From a virus (taxonomy: Duplodnaviria; Caudoviricetes), in the IMG/VR virus record IMGVR_UViG_3300037258_000653, positions 1,353-65,352 of that record: a DNA stretch of 64,000 nucleotides; one strand, 5' to 3'. A model generated the notes under the pieces. The model made no database searches and was not told the origin of the DNA. It was given only the letters and a program-made list of their open reading frames with translations. This document shows, piece after piece, positions 56,994-64,000 of the stretch. A program made the position numbers and the translations under genes. Every line of letters starts with the position of its first letter. Position 1 is the first letter of the stretch.

Positions 56994-58163
56994 TCAGTCC
57001 CCCTTGACATTCACAATTTGGCGAAGCTCATGCTTGATCTCGACCAAGTCCGCTGCGTCTCGCATGACCTGCTCAACGTCCTTGTACGCCTGCGGGATCT
57101 CGTCAAGGAACTCGTCGGAGCGGCCCCACTCGATGCCCTCCATCGCCTCATCGAGCTGCGCGCGGGTGAACGTCTTGCGAGCGGCTGACCGGGAGTAGTT
57201 CCGGCCCGCGCCGTGCGGAGAGCTGTTCAGCGCCAGGCGGTTCCCCTTCCCGGTGACGACATAGGAGCGGGTGCCCATCGATCCGGGGATCAGGCCGGGC
57301 GTTCCCTCGCTGGCGTCGATCGCGCCCTTCCGCGACAGCCACACCTGCTTGCCGAAGTGGGTTTCCTGCTCGGTGTAATTGTGGTGACACTGCACCACCT
57401 CCAGCCCTGACACCGGCCGGCCGGTCCAGTCCTGCACGCAGCAGATGACCCGGTGCATCATCTCCTGGCGGTTCAGCAGGGCGAAGTGCTGCGCCCACCG
57501 CAGGTCGCGGATGTAGTCCCAGAACTCGCGGTCGCCCTGCACGAGGTAGGCGAGGTCCGGGTCGGGCAGCCTGATCCACCGCTGACGGCATTGTTCCTGC
57601 GCGATCCTGATGTGCCGCACGGCCAGCTTGTTGCCGACACCCCGGCTCCCGCTGTGCAGGAACAGCCAGACGCAGCCGCGCTCGTCAATGCTGACCTCGA
57701 TGAAGTGGTTGCCGCTGCCGAGCGAGCCGAGCTGCATGCGCCAGTTCGGGGCGATCTGCTCGGCGCTGGCCGAGCCGTCCCGCGCCTCCAGCTCGGCGAT
57801 GCGCTCCGACGTCTCGTCGCTGTCGAGGGCCGTGTTGTACTTGCCGGCCGACAGCGGGATCGCGTTCTCGATCGCCACGCGCAGCGCCGGGAGGTCGCCG
57901 CGGTTCCTGACGTCGTCCATCGTGAGCTGGGTGCGGACGGCATGCATCCCGCAGCCGATATCGACTCCCACCGCAGCGGGCATGATCGCGCCGAGCGTCG
58001 GGATGACTGACCCGACCGTGGCGCCCTTGCCGAGGTGAGCGTCGGGCATGAGCGCGATGTGGGGGTAAATGAACGGCATCTGCGACGCTCGGACAGCCTG
58101 CTCGCGAGCGTTCGGCTCCAGGATGGATGCCCAGTTCATGAGGCGCTTGCTGACCTGTTCCAT
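56994..58163 (-). CDS. rtcB: RtcB RNA 3'-phosphate/5'-OH ligase
   Basis: MPDAHLGKGATVG, VGVDIGCG, GSLGSGNHFIE, LHSGSRG, CHHNY, RKGA, PGSMG, SSPHGAGR, DEIPQAYKD. Confidence 0.97.
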   Translation of the reverse strand: MEQVSKRLMNWASILEPNAREQAVRASQMPFIYPHIALMPDAHLGKGATVGSVIPTLGAIMPAAVGVDIGCGMHAVRTQLTMDDVRNRGDLPALRVAIENAIPLSAGKYNTALDSDETSERIAELEARDGSASAEQIAPNWRMQLGSLGSGNHFIEVSIDERGCVWLFLHSGSRGVGNKLAVRHIRIAQEQCRQRWIRLPDPDLAYLVQGDREFWDYIRDLRWAQHFALLNRQEMMHRVICCVQDWTGRPVSGLEVVQCHHNYTEQETHFGKQVWLSRKGAIDASEGTPGLIPGSMGTRSYVVTGKGNRLALNSSPHGAGRNYSRSAARKTFTRAQLDEAMEGIEWGRSDEFLDEIPQAYKDVEQVMRDAADLVEIKHELRQIVNVKGD

Positions 58164-58467
58164 TACTTCGCTATCTCCTTCTCGGTGATCTGGCCGGCTG
58201 ACAGGGGGATGACTGCGCTGATCGCGGCGTGCAGAGTGCGGAGCGCGCCGCGGCCGCGGAGATCGGCGGCGGTGTACTGGGTGCGGACGGCCATCATGCC
58301 GCAGCCGATGTCGACCCCGGCTGCGGCGGGGATGGTCGCGCCGAGGGTCGGGATGACCGACCCGACGGTGGCGCCGGCGCCGAGGTGCGCGTCCGCTCAG
58401 CCTGCTCCCTGGTGGCGGGCTCGAGGATCGACGCCCAGCTCATGAGCTTCCTGCTGATCTGCTCCAT
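58163..58467 (-). pseudogene. rtcB: Truncated, frameshifted second rtcB 5' fragment
   Basis: MEQISRKLMSWASILEP..[deletion/frameshift]..DAHLGAGATVGSVIPTLG..GVDIGCGM..IPLSAG, then stop. Confidence 0.85.
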
Positions 58468-58812
58468 GTCGTTCCTCAGCCCTTTTCCCCGCCGCCCGGG
58501 CCGGTGCCCGGGGATGTGCGGTGGTCGTTGAAGTGGTGGTCGGACAGCAGGCGGCGGAGCATGGCGGCGGGGTCGCCGCCGTTCTCGATCGCCACCGACG
58601 AGATGGCCTCGCCCAGGTGCGGGGTGCTGTACAGGTACAGGAGGCAGCGGCCGCAGCGGGGCCGGCCGGCCTGGTCGAAGGCCAGCGGCGCGGGCCAGCT
58701 CCCGGTGCCGGGGCACGGGCCGCCGCCGGGGGCCTGGTGGCGGCCGAGGGTGCCGTCTCGGCAGCGGCGGTGCCGGCGAAGGCAGGACGGGCACTCGCCG
58801 CGCCGCGGCGGG

Positions 58813-59121
58813 TCAGTCCCGGTCACCGGGGTGCTCCAGGCCGAGGGCGGCCCGGCCGCGGTACTGGCCGCGGCGGGTCAGGTGCCAGGCCCGGCGGCGG
58901 TGGCCGCCGGCTGTCTCGGGTCCCCAGGTGCCGTCTGCCCAGCCCTCGGCTTCGAGCTGGTTCAGGAACCCGTAGAGGCGGCCGGCGCCGACCTGCGCGA
59001 CCCGCATGAGCGTGTAGCCGTGCAGGTTCGGGGCGCCGGTCAGCAGGGCGGCGAGGACGCGGCGCTCGGCGCGGCTGAGCCGCCGGGTGTACCCTCCGGG
59101 GCCGGTCAGAGCCCTGGCCAT
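58813..59121 (-). CDS. PadR-like winged-helix regulator
   Basis: HGYTLM..GRLYGFLNQLEAEGW..RRRAWHLTRRG. Confidence 0.8.
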   Translation of the reverse strand: MARALTGPGGYTRRLSRAERRVLAALLTGAPNLHGYTLMRVAQVGAGRLYGFLNQLEAEGWADGTWGPETAGGHRRRAWHLTRRGQYRGRAALGLEHPGDRD

Positions 59122-59401
59122 GGTGCCTCCGTGCGGATGAGGTGCTCGGTGAGCCACGGCAGCGCGGCCCAGTCCCGGACGCGGCGCGGCTGCTCGCCGG
59201 CCCGGGTGATGACCTGGGTGGCGAGGCGGTCTGCGGTGAGGTCCCACGCGGCGCCGGCGAGGTCGCTGTGCCCCTCGGCGATCAGGGCGCTGGTCTCGGT
59301 CACGTCGCCGGTGATCGCGTACCCCCAGGCCAGGAGCTGGAGGCCGATGCCGGCCGGGCTGTCGAGGAACTCGGCCACGCTGGCCGCCTCCGGCGGCGCG
59401 G

Positions 59402-59899
59402 TCATGTGGCGGCTGCCGGGGACATCGCGGCCAGGACAGAGTGCCGGTGGTGCAGGACGACGGTGCCGGCGCAGGCCACGTTCAGGGACACGGGCCGGGG
59501 TGTCTCGATCCGGACGAGGTGGTGGCAGCGGTCCAGGACCGCGGGCGGCAGGCCGTGGTCCTCGGCGCCGAGGAGGTAGCAGGCGCGCGGCGGGTGCCGG
59601 AAGCCGGCCAGCGGCACGGCGTCGTCGGTGAGCTCGACGCCGACCAGCGCGGCGGACCACGGCAGGTGCGCGGCCAGGTCGGTGATGCTGGCGAAGTGGA
59701 GCAGCGGGACGGCATGCGGGGTGCTGACGGTATCGCTGGCCTGCCGGTCGTAGCGGCAGCCGACGGTGAACACGAACGCGGCGCCGTACAGCCACGCTGA
59801 GCGGAGCAGCGACCCGGTGTTCGCGCTGTTCTTGGGGTGCCAGATCCCGACGGCGAAGTAGCCGCGGCGGGCGTCGCGGTCAGCGCGGCGGCGGGTCAC
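59402..59899 (-). CDS. SpoU/TrmH-family RNA 2'-O-methyltransferase
   Basis: N.GSLLRSA..YLLGAEDHGL..SLNVACAGTVV. Confidence 0.9.
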   Translation of the reverse strand: MTRRRADRDARRGYFAVGIWHPKNSANTGSLLRSAWLYGAAFVFTVGCRYDRQASDTVSTPHAVPLLHFASITDLAAHLPWSAALVGVELTDDAVPLAGFRHPPRACYLLGAEDHGLPPAVLDRCHHLVRIETPRPVSLNVACAGTVVLHHRHSVLAAMSPAAAT

Positions 59900-60110
59900 C
59901 GGCGGGCCGCCCGGGCGGGTGCTTCAGCCATGCTGTTCCTCCTCCTCTTCTTTCGTGCTGCGGGGCCAGCCGCAGGGCAGGGCGCGGGCCGCGTCGTCGT
60001 AACCGGGGTCGCCGGGCCGCACGAGGTGCCCGTGCTCGCGGAGCAGGCCGCGGTACTTGTCCGGGTCGCCGCCGGCCTGCTTCCACAGCTCAGCCGGCGA
60101 GGGGTCGTGG

Positions 60111-60410
60111 TCAGGCAAGGTCGTCTCCTGAGGGGAGCTGGGCGCGGATCGCGGTGGCCACCTCGGCGGCCGCGGGCCACAGGCGCTGCCGGCCGTCGCA
60201 GGGCACCGGGGAGCGCAGCGGCACGGGACTGCTGAGCTCCCAGTGGAACTGGGAGGGCCGCGCCCAGCGGCCGCAGGTGCCGGGCCTGCACTCGCCGTCG
60301 GGGTGGCAGCCGGCGAGGATGACGGCGCCTATGACGTTGCCCGTCCACAGCGACCTGGTCCAGTTCGCCCGGCTGAAGCGGCGGCCGCGGGGCGGCGGGA
60401 TCAGGCCGGC
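60111..60410 (-). pseudogene. ASCH/PUA-like C-terminal fragment
   Basis: GNVIGAVIL..C..WA..FHWELSSPVPL..PVPCDGRQRLW; N-terminal ASCH part not found. Confidence 0.5.
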
Positions 60411-60617
60411 GGCGGTAGTAGCCGCCGGCTTCCTTGACCCGGAATCCGCCGGTGACCGGGGCCAGCTCCGGCAGGAGCACGGTGTCCTGCTCAGCCACGG
60501 GGACGGTCCTTTCTCGCCTGGGCGTCGCGCCCGTGAAGGCGTGGCAGGCGCCGCAGTACCCATAGCGCTCGTCGTCGGGGTGGTGGGATGTGCGGCCGCA
60601 GTCCGGGCAGGTGAAGC

Positions 60618-61349
60618 TCACCGCTGCTGGTCCTCCGCGCCGAGCCGGATCACGCTGGCCAGCGCGGCCGGGTCGGCGCCGGTGATCAGCCGGGCCTCGG
60701 CGCATCCGCAGGGGACGCGGAGCGTGACGTCCTCCGCGGTGGCGCCGCCCTCGATGGTGGGGGCGTGCGTGGTGTAGCCCTGGACGGCGTTCCAGCCGCG
60801 GCCGGTGACGCACGACGGGCAGCGGTCCCGGCCGTCGCACTCGTCGTCCAGGGCGGCGAGCTCATCGGCGTAGCCGTCGTCCGGGTCGCCGGGCCAGGCG
60901 TGCATGTCCGCTGCGCAGTCCTGGTGGTCGCCGCCGTTCCCGCAGCCGCCGCAGGCCTTGCAGATCACGTCGCAGACCAGGATCGGGCCGTGGTCGCCGC
61001 GCATCTCGAACCGGTCGCCGGTGACGCCCAGGCCGCCGCAGCTGCCGCACGGCACCGCCCGCGCGGGGACCGTGACCTGCAGCACGGCGTAGCCAGGCCC
61101 GGCGGGCTCAGGCACCCCCGGCGGCCGCGCTGCCAGGTAGGCGCGGGCCAGCGCGACAGCCGGGTCCAGGTCCCCGGCGACGTCGCCGGCGCGGAACGCC
61201 TGGGTCACGGCGTCGTAGTCCTCGTAGTCCAGCGCCTCGGCGTCGAGCAGGCCGGCGAGGGCGGCGCCGACCGCGGGCGGCAGCGACGTGTCCGCCCGGG
61301 CCTGCTCCGCGGCCGCCCGCAGTTCGCGGGCGACAGTCAGGTCAGTCAT
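60618..61349 (-). CDS. Hypothetical protein with DnaJ-like CxxCxGxG motifs
   Basis: CGSCGGLG, CKACGGCG, CPSC..GRG; RBS ggaaagga. Confidence 0.6.
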   Translation of the reverse strand: MTDLTVARELRAAAEQARADTSLPPAVGAALAGLLDAEALDYEDYDAVTQAFRAGDVAGDLDPAVALARAYLAARPPGVPEPAGPGYAVLQVTVPARAVPCGSCGGLGVTGDRFEMRGDHGPILVCDVICKACGGCGNGGDHQDCAADMHAWPGDPDDGYADELAALDDECDGRDRCPSCVTGRGWNAVQGYTTHAPTIEGGATAEDVTLRVPCGCAEARLITGADPAALASVIRLGAEDQQR

Positions 61350-61562
61350 GATCGTTTTCCTTTCCGGGCCGCCGTGGTGCCGGCTGCCGCTGCCAGATCG
61401 CGCCGCATGGCGGCGCCGTTCGCGGGCGACGGCTTCGCCGATCCTGAACGGGTTGCCCCACTTCGACGGCCGGGCGGCCATCACGGCGCCGGGCGGCAGC
61501 CGCCAGCCCTTCGCCCGGCTCAGCTGGATCCGGGCGGCCTCCCGGCTCCCGGTGGCGGTCAC
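61350..61562 (-). pseudogene. DUF4326-like N-terminal fragment
   Basis: RIQLSRAKGWRLP..RPSKWGNPF; C-terminal half missing. Confidence 0.55.
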
Positions 61563-63766
61563 TGTGCACCGCCAGCCGCGCCGGGGTCCCGCAGGAGCCA
61601 GGGGGCCTCGGCGCGGACGCGGGCGAGCAGCAGCTGGAAGCAGTCGTCGCAGACAGTGGCCAGCTCGTCGTCGCCCTCGTGGGGCTGCCAGGTCTGGCGC
61701 ATCTCGGTGATCGCCTCGGCGTCGGGTCGGCCCCGGATGAACGTGCCGCCGCAGGCGCCGCACTGGTAGGTCTCGCCGGGGTGGCCGCTGGGCGGCGTCA
61801 CCGGCGGTCACCGCCGGCCGTGCTGCCCGCGCTCCCCTCGTCGCGGGCCAGGGCGGCTGTGCCGCCGGGCCGGATCCCGGTGATGCGCCACCGCCCGGAC
61901 AGGCTGGTCCCGGCACGGTTCGCCCGGGCGGCGGTCTCGGCGACGGCGGCGCGGCACGGGCAGTCACGCAGCATCCGGCCCGACAGGCGGCACTCCACGG
62001 GGTGCTCGATTGTCCAGCCGTCCGCGGCGAAGGTGACGTAATGGTCGGTGCCGACCCCGTCGTAGACCTTCTGCCGCTCGGCCGCCCGGATAGCGGCCGC
62101 GGCCTCGGCCAGCTCGGCGGTGGGCAGCGGCCCGAGCTGGCCGGCCATGATCTCTTCCATGATCCGCCGGCACTCTTCCAGGCTGGCCTGGCGTGCGGCG
62201 GCGTCACGCCACTCCAGGAGCCGGCCGCGCCGCTCTCGCCGGGCCCCGCCGATGATGGAGTCGAGCTCGCTTTCATTGCCTGTCATCAGGGATGTCCTTT
62301 CCGGCCTCGGTGGCCTCGGTGGCGGAGCGGATGGCCAGCACGCCGCGGAGCCCGGTCAGCTCCAGCAGCCGCATCACCTTCCCGTCGCCCAGGGCGATGC
62401 CCAGGGGGCATTCGTGCGCCCGGGAGTACTGGTAGGCGCCGATGAGGACGGCCACGCCGTGGCTGTCGATGAGCGTGCAGCCGGTCAGGTCGATGACCCG
62501 GGGGCCGGTGCGGGGCGCGCGGCGGACCTCGTCGCGGAGTGCGCCGCAGGTGCGGGCGTCGAGGCTGCCGGTGACCGCGATGACGGTGCCGGCGGCGCCG
62601 TCTGTGGTGGCGATGGCGAAGCCGGGCATCAGGACAGCGGCCCTTCGCCATGCCAGGCGCGGAGCCAGGCGCGGCGCCGGGCGGCGGTCAGGGCGGCGTA
62701 GTGCGCGCCGCCGCGCGCCAGGCCGCCGAATGGCCCGGGCTCGGCCGGGAGCTGCTCGGCTCGCACCGTCCCCGGGCAGTCGTGCGGGAGTTCCGGGTGG
62801 TCGGCGCAGTGCGGGCAGATCAGGGCCGAGGCCGGGTCTTGCAGCCGGGCGGTGCAGGCGGCGCAGGTGAGCGCCCGGTCCACGTGCTCGTGCGGGCACG
62901 CGACGGTGACCAGGGCGACGGCCGGCTGCGCGCACATGAGCGGCAGGGACAGCGGCAGCGGAGGCCGCGGCCCTGACGAGAAGCTGCCCGGGTCGACCGT
63001 GCAGGGCGCCCCGGCCAGGAGGGCCAGGCGGCCGGGGTCAGTCACCGGTGCCGCCGCCTGGGTAGACGTGGAGCGTGTCCAGGTAACGGGCGGCTTCCCT
63101 GAGGTTGAGGACCGCTACCTCGGCCCCCGATATCGCCATGATCAGGCGGCCGGCCGCCGCTGACGCTGTCCCGGGGCCGTTTACCGAGACGTCGGAATGG
63201 AGGCCGGCGAGTCGCTGGAGCGCGCTGGCGCGGCCGGAAAGCTCGCCGAGGAGCCGCGAGAGCATGGTGGCCGTCTTGTGCACCGGCTCGATGATGCGCA
63301 CCAGGTCCCGCGGGCCGGCGGGCACGCCGTCGGCCACGCCGGCAGTGAGCGTTTCGATCATCCCGGCCGCGGCCTTGGCCATGTCACGGGCCTCAGCGGC
63401 CGTGCGCGGCGCCATCGGGGCGGCCTGCGGGACCGCCGCGGCGAAGGCGCTGGCGACAGCGGCCGCGTGGCCGCGGCCCAGGCCGGACAGGCCGAGGGTG
63501 TCCTGCCCGAGGGCGATGGCGACGCCGAGGATCGTCAGCTCAGACGATGACGCGACGGCGCTGCTGTCGCGGAACGCGCGGGCGGCGCGCCAGTCGATGA
63601 CGGCACCTCCGGGCCCGCGGGGCCGGATGGCGGCGTCGCGGAAGTCCTGCCGCCGGAGCCACGTCTCGTGCCAGATCAGCAGGTCGACTGCCGCGATCTC
63701 GGTGCTGGCGCTGCCGCGCGCCGGCTCGCGCAGCCGTTCCGCCAGGCCATCAGGTATGTCAGTCAT
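61559..63766 (-). CDS. Further small hypothetical genes (61559-61801, 61798-62286, 62629-63045, 63038-63766)
   Basis: Overlapping stop/start junctions; several CxxC motifs. Confidence 0.5.
62273..62629 (-). CDS. STAS-domain anti-sigma-factor antagonist
   Basis: VIAVTGSLD..VIDLTGCTLIDSHGVAVL..RLLELTGL, with the phospho-acceptor Ser retained. Confidence 0.85.
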   Translation of the reverse strand: MPGFAIATTDGAAGTVIAVTGSLDARTCGALRDEVRRAPRTGPRVIDLTGCTLIDSHGVAVLIGAYQYSRAHECPLGIALGDGKVMRLLELTGLRGVLAIRSATEATEAGKDIPDDRQ

Positions 63767-64000
63767 TACCGGTTCCTTCCTGGCGGGCGGCGGCCGCGCC
63801 GTGGATGCGGCGCAGGAGCGTGCCGCCCTCGACGTGGCTGTGCAGGAACATGGCCAGCGCGGCGATCGTGCCGGCGGACGGCTGCGGCCGGGCCCGGGGC
63901 TGGAGGCGGTGGTGGCGCGGCGGCGGCCCGCGGCGGGCCAGCGGGACGCCGACGGCGGCGGCGTGGAGCTTCGCGGCCTCGGCGTCGATCCCGTAGATCC

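Noticed and set aside
1-64000. Integrase/att site, replication genes, tRNAs
   Set aside because: No recombinase, polymerase or helicase motifs or tRNA structures recognised; they may lie outside the window

Overview
The whole 64 kb reads as one high-GC actinobacterial tailed phage or prophage (HK97-fold capsid, tape-measure tail). I see no host housekeeping genes, integrase, tRNA, rRNA or CRISPR array, so I cannot tell free phage from prophage. Layout: (1) 1-9.9 kb: two GntR/palindromic-operator modules, a duplicated ~88-bp promoter/leader, an HTH-HNH gene and an IbrA + GNAT-IbrB module. (2) 9.9-35.6 kb, minus strand: lysis, tail and head operon. It carries unusual inserts: a DUF2829/Tad2-like gene, a GH26+CBM insert in the tail protein, a KcsA-like channel paired with a VIT1-like gene, a second capsid paralogue and a 2H phosphoesterase. 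(3) 35.8-37.7 kb: terS-terL, inverted relative to the structural genes. (4) 37.7-52 kb: two FHA genes, a putative cos/HNH/ATPase packaging region, a DUF6221-like expansion, a catalytically dead terminase-ATPase homologue and many small ORFs. (5) 52.2-54.9 kb: three paralogous genes of an unrecognised family, each in a repeated cassette (promoter, leader hairpin, boxA-like motif, RBS, ORF, CAGCCAG-loop hairpin), followed by a double-HTH gene. (6) 55-64 kb: twin structured ncRNA candidates, a TerD-like fragment, RtcB plus an rtcB pseudogene, a SpoU methyltransferase, PadR, STAS and deletion scars. The best candidates for a new system are the 52-55 kb cassette array, the dead terminase homologue, the channel/VIT1 pair and the ncRNA/RNA-repair locus. 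All family calls come from motif recognition by eye, not database searches.
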